Positions 53,100-64,000 of a stretch of DNA of 64,000 bases are shown here, one piece after another. Location: the NCBI GenBank assembly GCA_051294375.1, contig CM119264.1, positions 26,975,659 through 27,039,658 on the forward strand. The letters run 5' to 3'. The notes below the pieces were generated by a model. That model did no database searches, was not told where the DNA came from, and saw only the letters and a program-made list of their open reading frames with translations. Origin of the DNA: Paraspadella gotoi (Eukaryota; Animalia; Chaetognatha). The position numbers and the translations under genes were made by a program. Each line of letters begins with the position of its first letter. The first letter of the stretch is position 1.

Positions 53100-56000
53100 A
53101 TCCGATACCGGGTTTAGCCAGTCTTGATCGGATATCTTTAAATAGGAAAGGCAAGCGAGTCCCGGGCGATAGAGCAAACGAGAGAGAGATAGAGAGCGAG
53201 TGACCCAGAAAGACGGAGAAGAGACGGCCGAGGAGAACAGAACCGGCTTGTCAAGTCGAGACAACGAATCACCACGGGAGAATAAAAACGAAGAATCCTG
53301 AGAAATCGAGAAATCGTCTCTCATCTCTCCCGACCCGCGAAACAATTGAGTAGGGCGGGCGGCGCGGGATCGAGCATATGGAAACGAAAACCCGGATCGG
53401 GGCTCGAATGGAAACGAGCGGAAAATCGATCCGTTTCAGTCGTTGCCTTCCAACGTCAGAAGTTAAACTAGGAGATTTGAAAGGATTATAACTTTTATAA
53501 GAGCGATGGGTCGATGGAATATAATATATTTAGAATATCATTTGGAGGTTTTTCGATTAAACAAACAAAGACCCGGAAATGTATTTACAATAAGACTTAA
53601 CTGCCTCCGGCTCGCCAGAAGGTTTTCAATTGCTAAGAGTAGTAAAGGTAACAAAGATCGAGACCTGATAAACCGAGCCTTTTTTTTTTATAAATACTTT
53701 CTCATTTTGGTTAATTTTCCCGGAATTGGGTATAGTTTTTATTTTTATAAATCTCTGTATTAATTTTTGGTAAAAATTGTGAAAAATATTAAACAAATTT
53801 TCATAAATCTTTTAAAATTTTCACCGAATAGTTTTGGTTATTTATTATTTAAATTTTTTATATCAAGTTATTTAAATTTCTTCCTAAAGCAACCCGATTT
53901 TCTCTCTCATTTTTCTTCTCCCCTCTCTCGCAATCCATTCAATCGTAAAGCGAATCCCTGTTACGAGGGAACTTTGGGAATTTGTGATTGTCGGACGCGA
54001 TTTTAATGGCCTCAGGTGGCATTTGGCAGTTTGGGGATTAAGCTTTGAAGAGATGGAGTAAGGCAAGCGGTAATACAAAAATGACATTAGAAATAATCGA
54101 TGGAAAGAGCCATTATTGATTAACAATAACAACAACGTGATTAGCTTTATTAATACTATTCCTAATGAAATCTAAACTAATAATAAACGCGGCTAGCTAA
54201 TATGGCGGAAAGCGTTGATTTTTAAATGGAGGGCGAAAAAATGAGGCAAGAAAAATAGGAAGGTAGGATTCACTCATCCAGCCTACTACCACGCATCTAA
54301 CTCACCGCAACTCAAAACTCATCGTCAACGCGCGATTCTGCGTTTAAATATTAAATTTCCTCCCCTTTTTTTTCCAAGTTGTCACCGCGAGGAAGCCGAG
54401 TCGGGACATCTGTCATTTCCGAGAACATCTGAATCCGCAATTTGTCATTCGTCCGGCCGACTGAACAATTCGTCAGTTCGATAAAATTTATTTGTCATCG
54501 AGCTCGGGTTCATTTTGTGATTTTTCATTCTAGTCAAACGAAAAGGAATTGGCATTTTTATTACCAAGTCGGCGAATGTAATATAACCATTGCGAGAAAA
54601 AGAAATTAAATTATTAAGCAATACTAGGGCCGGTTGACCGAGGCGCGTCGACGTCCAATAAAAATAACGAACGACAACAACAACGACGGAGACGCAGTTG
54701 ATTTTTCGACTTATTCCCACGTCACGGAATTAAACCGAATTTTCTATTCACCATCGCAACGAGGTTTTCGCAATCCTCACACCTTTATCACCAATTTTTC
54801 AAGTCTCACTTTCAAACTTATTGCACCAGGCGATTCATTTATCACTTCACACAACCTCGTCGCCACATCACTTCTACTCACTTCACATCCCTAAATTCCG
54901 CTCAGTTTTCCCTCCCCCAACTCTCCCTCAACTCCGCTAACTTCAAACACTCCCGGAAACTCCCCCTCTCCCCCTCCTCACCCGCCCTCACCCGCCCTTC
55001 ATCCTCGGCGGCGAGACGTAACGAAAATCGAAATTTCTCGGTCCTCTCATTGGTTCCAGACGGGAATCGACGAACGCCTCCTTATTGGTCATCTACGTAA
55101 GCTAGTGAAACATCAGCTCGCGAGACTGCAACCATTTTGTCCATTTATATAAGGCATTTCTCTTTATTTTCTTTTTTTATGGTACGTATTTATATTCTTT
55201 CTTTTTTTCGGACTCTTATTTTTTTTCTTTCGACCGAAATGAAGACTGTGTTGTCCCCAAGAGATTAAAAATCGCGAGGGTCTTTTATCCGATGGATTGC
55301 ATAGAGAGAGAGAGAAAAGGCGCGACTCCACCAAACTCCATTAGCTGATCTTGAAAAGGAGATACGCGAGCCAAAGAAAGCTGGAAGGAGAATGGAAATC
55401 CGCTGGCGTTAGAAAACTCTCCGAATTTTAAAAAGGAAGACTCGAAACAACTACTTGTACGCTACTGAAGTAAATTTAATATCGAGAAAAAGTTTTACTT
55501 TTAATTTTTGAGACTCTACAGAGAAAAAAAAAGGAAAGTATTTATTCTGTTAATTTTTGATACTCATAGTTAACAAACGAATTCAAACGCATAAGTCAAT
55601 CAAAAGCAAACGACGATAGATTTACGTAAAACGATTCGAAAACAACATCAAGTCGTAAACATTAACATTAAAGGAAACAGAACAAAAACATGGAAAGGGC
55701 CAGTGAACAACAACAACAACGAAACAAAAGAATTCGGTTAGGCGTTCGCGACTCCGAATTGACAGCACGACCGGCCAACGAGTCGTTAAAATTCAGAGAG
55801 CGCAAACAGGCGTGACGGTCAAACGCCCTAGTGACGCCCTGGGCGGCCGGTTTGACGCTAAAATCTGTCTCGAACGCCACCGCTTTTGTGACGGGATAAG
55901 GGGGCGAGGGTGCTTTAACGTCAAATATACACTTTAGACATGTGACCGCCATGGCATTACATGGACAATTAACCCTTACACGCCAAAACGCCCAGAGACG

Positions 56001-56576
56001 CCGTCAGACATCAATCCACTACGCCCAACGATCCTATCAACGGCACCATCCCTGAGACATCGCGCCCTTGAGAAAAAACTTTCCTTTGATACTAAGGTCT
56101 CTGCGAGGAGAAAAAGACATAACGTCTGTGACGTCAAATGTCTGACGTCTAAATGATTCGGTCCGACCCCCGTCTCCCCCCGCCAGGTGCCCCCTCTCCT
56201 TCCCAAAAAGGCTTGTCCATTATGACAAAGGTGAAGTCGACACATCTGCGAAGACTGCAGACGTTATGATGCTAACGTTGCAAGAGACGTCTCGCAAAAT
56301 AGACACGCGAGCAATGACGGAATGCCAAACAAGGACTAACGAACAACAATAAATGTAAAAAAATCTATACAAATCGATACAAAAGAAAAAAAATATTTTT
56401 TCTTGGTTGCAAGGAAACTTTGATATAAGATTCCATTTTAATCGATTTAAAATGCGATGACCTTTCTGCATAATATTATTACTGACTCTAACTTTATTAT
56501 TTAACAAACCCGGCATGTAACGAGAAAGCAATAAAATTATGTACGCTCTGGCAAGGGACTTATATTGAATAAAGAG

Positions 56577-56579
<3 letters not shown>

Positions 56580-56614
<35 letters not shown>

Positions 56615-57214
56615 GAACTTGTTCCGATGGAAAGGGCTACTCAGTGCGTGAGGATTTGATAATAGCGGCTCGGGGCGACGAATAGCGGCGAACAGCGGCG
56701 AACAGCGGCGAATGACGGCAAAAATTGCGGCGAATGAGGACGATTGGATGCTCGCCGTTGGACCATAGAGGCCGCGTCATCCATGATCGGTCAGCCGTCG
56801 TTGTTGTTGTTGTTTTTGTTGTTGTCGTCGTTGTTCTTCATTTTGTCGAGTCGTTTATATCAGTTCTTAAAGATTTGATTATTCTTTATACTTTAACGGA
56901 TCATATTAACTCAGTTGTTGTACCTGAACTCTTTCTTTTTGATCTTTTTCGAATTGTTTTCGTTTTATTTCGATTTATCTAGTATATTCTTAAAATAAAA
57001 AATTTTACCTTAAAAGGAAATAGCGTATTTTTCGTTGTTTTGTTTCCTTTTACTTTGTTTTCATCGTCAATTTCATCCCTAATTTCATTTTAGTCAAGAC
57101 TTCGATTCTTTATTTTTGTTTTAGACTTCGTCATTTTTTTATTTCTGTTTTCAACCTTTTCTTGTAACTCCATCTCTGTCTCCATCTTTCTTTCCGCCTA
57201 CATCTTCCCCTCCG

Positions 57215-57250
<36 letters not shown>

Positions 57251-57351
57251 NNNNNNNNNNNNNNNNNNNNNNNNNCTCGAGATGTGCAAGGCTAAGATGG
57301 AGACAGAGACGGAGAGAGAGAGAGTAGAGAGAGAAAGAGAGAGAAGAGAGA

Positions 57352-57397
<46 letters not shown>

Positions 57398-57473
57398 AGA
57401 GAGGAAGAAAGAGAGAGAGAGAAAAGAGAGAGAGAGAGAGAAAAAGAGAAGAGAAAAAAAAAAAAAAAAGAGA

Positions 57474-57537
<64 letters not shown>

Positions 57538-58129
57538 GACGAGGGAAGATGTAGGCGGAAAGAAAGATGAGACAGAGATGGAGTTACAAGAAAGTTAAAA
57601 CAGAAATAAAAAAATGACGAAGTCTAAAACAAAAAAAAGAATCGAAGTCTTGACTAAAATGAAATTAGGAGAGAATTGACGATGAAAACAAAGTAAAAGA
57701 AACAAAACAACGAAAAATACGCTATTTCCTTTTAAGGTAAAATTTTTTATTTTAAGAATATACTAGATAAATCGAAATAAAACGAAAACAATTCGAAAAA
57801 GATCAAAAGAAAGAGTTCAGGTACAACAACTGAGTTAATATGATCCGTTAAAGATAAAAGAATAATCAAATTTTAAGAACTGATATAAAACGACTCGAAC
57901 AAAATGAAGAACAACGACGACAACAACAAAAACAACAACAACAACGACGGCTGACCGATCATGGATGACGCGGCCTCTATGGTCCAACGCGAGCATCCAA
58001 TCGTCCTCATTCGCCGCAATTTTTGCCGTCATTCGCCGCTGTTCGCCGCTGTTCGCCGCTATCGTCGCCCCGAGCCGCTATTAATCAAATCCTCACGCAC
58101 TGAGTAGCCCTTTCATCGAACACAGTTTC

Positions 58130-58201
<72 letters not shown>

Positions 58202-58215
58202 CTCTCTCTCTCTCC
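56580..58215. repeat. About 0.65-kb inverted duplication (56580-57250 vs about 57530-58215) around the N gap 57251-57274
   Basis: gggctactcagtgcgtgagg near 56635 vs cctcacgcactgagtagccc at 58091; arms match throughout. Confidence 0.9.
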
Positions 58216-58752
58216 TCACTCAATATTCGCGTGCAGAAGAATTATATGAAAAAACATTCATTAACATCTTCAAGATACACCATTTCACGCCAATGCCATG
58301 CCAATCACTGTTAGGCTTAGTATATAAATCCTTAAGATAAATTAAACAAGTTTTTATTCTCTAAATTTTAAGAAAACCTCGAGTTTCAAAACTAGAAGTC
58401 TTATTTAATATATCACATCGCATCACAAAGAAACATTTTCGACTCAAACAAGGAAACATTTTATTCAAAATAACCGTTACTTTTTTTTCAGCGGTAAAAT
58501 TTTATCAGATAAAAAGAAAATGAATTTCCGTTGAAATATTCAATCACCAGCGAAGACCAAAAAAAACGCTTATTGGTAAAGAGACATATTGAACAATATT
58601 TTAAATATTATTATTAGGTTTTGGAATTTGATTTTTTTAGAAAATTAAACATCGAAGAGCGAAAAAAAAAAAACGTAATCGAGTTTTAAGCTGTTTTCAG
58701 GACTGACGGAAGCAGAATGGATAAGCAGTCCACGACCGAGAAATTCATTTAT

Positions 58753-58847
<95 letters not shown>

Positions 58848-58887
58848 CAACTCACGTTTTTTCAAACCGAAGCCGCCAGAGAGAAAG

Positions 58888-58976
<89 letters not shown>

Positions 58977-59074
58977 TGGTCATATGATTCCGAAGTCACG
59001 TGACCATTGAAAGCCCGAAGGCCACGAACAAGACATCAGACGACGACGATGGGAAGTGTTAATCCGAACACAAC

Positions 59075-59138
<64 letters not shown>

Positions 59139-61626
59139 AGAGAGGAGAATGAAGAAAAGACAAAAATCCAAAACGTTTTCTTTTTTCTTTCTTTTTTCTT
59201 TCTTTTTTATTTTTTTTCTTACCTGAGATATTCAGCGGAAACGCTCATCCGAAAATAGAAAAAATCGAACCCACACACAAAACCATGCAAAATATCTCCC
59301 CAAACACAGACGAAATAGAAAGACCAAAGTGAACCATTTTCTTTGTTATTTGTGTGTACCCTTGACCTTTTCTCTCTCAACGAGATTATTCAAACACGAA
59401 TCTTTCGCTCGGTTTGACGAAGGCTGAGGTGAGGCCGTGTAAGTTATGTTTGAGCCGCTGGAGGTCGGAAAGATGACCAAGCGACTGCAAAGGAGGGAGA
59501 GACAAAAAGTTAAGGGGAAAAGGAGTGATGATCATCACGTCAAACATTTTACATCTTCATAATTTTTTTCCCTTTTTTTTTTCTTTCTTTTTTTCATCAT
59601 TTTTCCCTTTAATTTATCCTTTCTTATATTCCTTCTTTCTTCTTTCTTTTCTTTCTTTCTTTCTTTCTTTTTCTTTCTTCTTTCTTTTCTTCTTTCTTTT
59701 CTTTCTTTTCTCTTCCTTTCATCCTTTTCCGTCTTCTCTTCCCTTCTTCCTTACCTCCCCTCCTCTTCCTCCCTTTCACCGCCTTCAGATGAGCCACGCC
59801 ATCCATTCTTTCGATTTTCCCCGCTCGTCCTTCTTTTCTCCTCTGATCCTGGCCGACTTCTCACGTCTCAGGAGAATTATGACACGTAATTTGTGCGGTA
59901 ATTTGTGGCCCGATTCTTGACACGATATATGAGACCAAAATTTATGGCGCAATTATGGCGCAATTCGGTCAAGCGCTGTTAATCGTTCCGGAGAAACACC
60001 GCAAGCGAAGATGAGGATGATAAAAATGTGGAGAGGAAAAAGGTGTGGAGGAAACGAAACTTTCACGTGAAACCTTAACCTGAACTAAGTGAAAGTTGTA
60101 TCGAAGCTTCTTTAAACATACTCACATGCGACGAAAGTATTATTATGAAATAAATTTAATTCATATTGCGAGAAGGCAGTACGAGTATCAAAAAAAATTT
60201 GCCAAATATTTAAAAATCTTGTAGAAATTGAAAGCATAGGAAAGCCAGGGTTGGCTTGGATATCGTCAAAAGATAAAAAAAAAAAGAAGACGAAACCGAG
60301 AGAGTGTACAACGACAACGATAAAACGACGACGGCGACTCTAATCGCGACGACGATGACAAATATGAGGAAAAGAATAAAAAAAAAGAAATTCAGATTTA
60401 TTTAATCATCTTTCCCACTCGTATCAGGCGCTCGACCGCAGTCGATGACCGTGCTGCCGCCGCCGTCGCCGCCGCCGCATCACAATCCCCCGCCACAACC
60501 GCCGCCGCCATTTGCAACTCATGAAACATTGAACATTTTCCTTTTCCTTTTTTTTTTTTTTTGCGTCCTTCCTTCTTTCCCTAGTTTTTTTGTTCCTTAG
60601 TTTCTGTTGATTCTCAGTTTTTTTCTTTTCGGTCAGAATCATCGCGTGTCGAATGGAATGACGCAAATTGAACCGAGGATTCAAACTCATCCTCGTTGGC
60701 TGTCGAGGGGAAGCGAAGGGAGAGGCGGAGGCGAAGGCGAAGGCGAAGGAAAGGCGATAGAAGACGAAGGCGAAAGTCAAATTAGAAGGCGAAGGTAAAA
60801 GTGACGGCGAAGAATAATGCAGAGGGCGAAGATGGCGAAGGCAAGGCGAAGGCTAAGAAAACAGCAAAGGCGAAGTATAAGACCGGGAGCGATGTAAAAG
60901 GCAAAGCGAAAGGCAAAGTTGAAAGCAGAAGGCGAAGTCAGAGGCGAAAGCCCTTTGAGCATCGAGGAAAAGTCAAGAAAAACGAGAAAAATGAGGAGAA
61001 AAAAAGGAAAGAAAGCCGGTGGCGCCAGGGGCCGAATTGATGGGGCTGATTGTGGTGACATGAGGGAACTGATGTTCCGTATAGCGCCACAGAAAAAGGT
61101 GGCTTGTGGCGTTATGAATCTAAAGAAAATTAAAATGATGACGTGAGGTATATAGACATAATGTAATAATTTCGTTTCGCTCTGCGTCAATTACGCGTTG
61201 TGACGGCCAAAGGTAAAGGAATGGTAAGGTGACAAAAACTCTGGCTATGAGCTGCAATAGTTTGAGTGAAAGAGTAATGGTTTGTTTGTCCTCGTGAGGT
61301 CAACCGGACCATGAGAGGTGAGCCTTAGATCTAAGGAAAGAAACGGAGAATTGGCTAAATGAAAAATAACCCACTTGGATATGTTTCTCCGTATGTAGCT
61401 TTTCACCATAAAGGACACCTGTTATAAAACAGAATGTTCTAAATAAGTTATTTAATCTCGTATGTGTGAATATATAACATATATATACTTTTTTTCGCAC
61501 AGCTTCAAAAGGAGCACGTATTATTTATCAAAAAATAAATTGAAGGTTGTTTAAAAAATTCTATCTTTTGCGTCACTGGAAGGAAAATCCTTGGGGAATG
61601 GAAAGTGCTTGCGTTTGAGCATTGAA

Positions 61627-61678
<52 letters not shown>

Positions 61679-64000
61679 CCTTTTTCCGAATCGAACCACA
61701 CGGTGAACAAACATTTTTTTGCGAGATTTGGGAACGATTTAGATAAGAAGAAGAAGAAGAAAAAAGAAGAAGAAGAAGAAAGAAGCGAAGAAGAACAATA
61801 AATAAATGATGAACAATCATTTCCAAGTAGAGCTAATAAGATATAGTGAATGGGTTGGTGACATACCCATAACCAGACCTGGGGAGAATCCACTACACAC
61901 TGAAAGATATTTAAGATTTAAGATTGTATAAACCTCATTCTATGTTTAATTAATGTTTAATAGTGATTTTTTTTTTCAGATTGAGTAATACCGCCAAACT
62001 CGAAATAGTTTATGATGTAAAAAGAAATCTATAATTATATAAAGCATATTTGCCGTATCAAATCAATAGCCGTTCTGTTCTGCTAAATCCTGGGTTTTAT
62101 AATTATCCAATCACTAATGAAATTCATAAACCTCATCAGGCGTAATCACTTAATCATCATAATCAGTTATCATCTTCAATAACAATTTAACAATGCAATG
62201 ACAGAGAGGATGTGATAGAGAAAGAAGAACAAGCAGACACATTTAACTGTCGTCGTCGCTCTCCGCCCTTTTGGACGTGTGGGAGACACGGGAACCAATG
62301 AAACGGTGGGACGGCGGTGTCGGCCGGCGGCGGTGATAAATCGTGTCGTGCCGTGAAAAGGTCGCGCGGATCCAGTCTGTGACGTGACCGCACAATGATC
62401 CAATCAACAGGGAAGATCGCCGAAGACTGGTGATTCACAAGGGTGAACGAGAGAGAGTCACAGAGAAAGAATGGAACGCGAGCAGGTGAGACGGTGCACG
62501 TGACTTGGTTTCATTAAATTATGGTTATGAAACATATAAAAGCAATTCAGATTGAATGACAGACAGACAGACAGACAAATTAATAAAAGACAAACGTATG
62601 AATTGAATGAAAAAGGGAAAAAATTTCATAAAATCTTCTTTAAAAATGATTGAAAAAAAAGGTCCCACGAGATTCGAACTCGGGCTGCTGGATTCAAAGT
62701 CCAACGTGCTAACCACTACACCATGGGACCACCGATACCGGGTTAGCCAGTCTTGATCGGATATTTTAAATAGAGAAAGGAAGCGAGTCCCGGCGATAGA
62801 GCAAAACGAGAGAGAGATAGAGGCGGAGTGACCCAGAAAGACGGAGAGAGAGACGGCCGAGGAGACAGACCGGCTGTCAAGTCGAGACAACGAATCACCG
62901 ACGGGAGAATAAAAACGAGAGAATCCTGAGAAATCGAGAAATCGTCTCTCTCTCTCCGACCGCGAAACAAGTTGAGTAAGGCGGGCGGCGCGGGATCGAG
63001 CATGGAACGAACCCGGATCGGGGCCTCGAATGGAAACGAGCGGAAAATCGATCCGTTTCAGTCGTTGCCTTCCAACGTCAGAAGTTAAAGCTAGGAGATT
63101 TGAAAAGGATTATACTTTATAGAGCGATGGGTCGATGGAATATAATATATTAGAATAGTCATTTGAGGTTTTTCGATTAAAACTAAACAAAGACCCGGAA
63201 ATGTATTTTACAATAAGACTTAACTGCTCTCCGGCTCCCAGAAGTTTCATTCTAAGAGTAGAAGGTACAAAGATCGAGACCTGTAACCGAGCCTTTTTTT
63301 TTATTTATATTCTCATTTTGGTTTAATTTCCCGGAATTGGGTATAGTTTTATTTTTTTAAACTCTCTGTATTAATTTTTTGGTAAAAATTTGTGAAAAAT
63401 ATTAAACAAAATTTTCATAAAATCTTTAAAATTTTCCACCGAATAGTTTTGTTTTTATTATTTAAATTTTTTATATCAACGTTATTAAATTTCTCCTAAC
63501 AACCCGATTTTCTCTCTCATTTTCTTCCTCTCTCTCTCGCATCGATTCAATCGTAAAAAGCGAATCCCTGTTACGAGGACTTTGGGATTTGTGATGTCGG
63601 ACGGATTTTAATGGCCTGCAGGTGGCATTTGGCAGTTGGGATTAAAGCTTTGAAGGAGGAGTAAGGCAAGCGGTAATACAAAAATGACATTAGAAATATC
63701 GATGGAAAGAGCCATTATTGATTAACAATAACATCAACGTGATTAGCTTTATTAATACTATTCCTAATGAGAATCTAAACTAATAATAAACGCGGCTAGC
63801 TAATATGGCGGAAAGCGTTTGATTTTAAATGGAGGCGAAAAAATGAGGCAGAAAAAAATAGGAAGGTAGGATGCACTCATCCCAGCCTACTACCACGCCA
63901 TCTAACTCACCCGAACTCAAAACTCATTCGTCAACGCGCGATTCTGCGTTAAATATTAAATTTCCTCCCCTTTTTTTTCCAGTTGTCACCGCGAGGAAGC
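58216..64000. repeat. Third copy of the 42589-48390 segment (inverted relative to it; direct repeat of 48480-54396)
   Basis: Window end agttgtcaccgcgaggaagc is the near-exact reverse complement of gcttcctcgcggttgacaact near 42589; all landmarks recur. Confidence 0.92.
62660..62730 (-). tRNA. Copy of tRNA-Gln(UUG) in the third duplicate (1-nt deletion in the T arm)
   Basis: Reverse complement of 43867-43938; same flanks. Confidence 0.75.

Larger units (their letters stand above)
40468..56579. repeat. About 8-kb inverted duplication (40468-48396 vs about 48480-56579) folded at the N gap 48397-48421
   Basis: Ends match (aactctttattcaat at 40468 vs attgaataaagagtt ending 56579). The tRNA, TTCGCC tract and GAAA tract all recur in mirror order; the second arm has many indels. 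Confidence 0.92.

Overview
This is eukaryotic (invertebrate-like) genomic DNA, AT-rich, with short GT-AG introns, abundant (GA)n/(GAC)n microsatellites and many N gaps. It looks like an unpolished long-read assembly: some segments are indel-rich, and large inverted or direct duplications hinge on N gaps. About 20 kb, including most of 48.4-64 kb, is probably redundant artefactual copy. Best-supported genes: (1) a tandem cluster of class I SAM-dependent methyltransferases (JHAMT-like; one last exon, one 3-exon gene, one degraded exon-1 copy); (2) an intact 7-exon, 433-aa minus-strand gene for a signal-peptide + JmjC/cupin + EF-hand + GDEL protein whose distal Fe-binding His appears replaced by Arg; (3) tRNA-Gln(UUG), present three times because of the duplications. 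Candidates that the ORF track misses because of frameshift noise: a W-X6-W (MIP/allatostatin-B-like) neuropeptide precursor (21.5-22.0 kb, duplicated at 23.2 kb), a TGF-beta/BMP-family ligand (about 12.3-16.9 kb) and a weak Roc/Ras-like GTPase exon (7.2-7.5 kb). Two copies of a tRNA-derived SINE are present. No prokaryotic-type system (CRISPR etc.) is present. All family assignments come from manual motif recognition; no searches were run.
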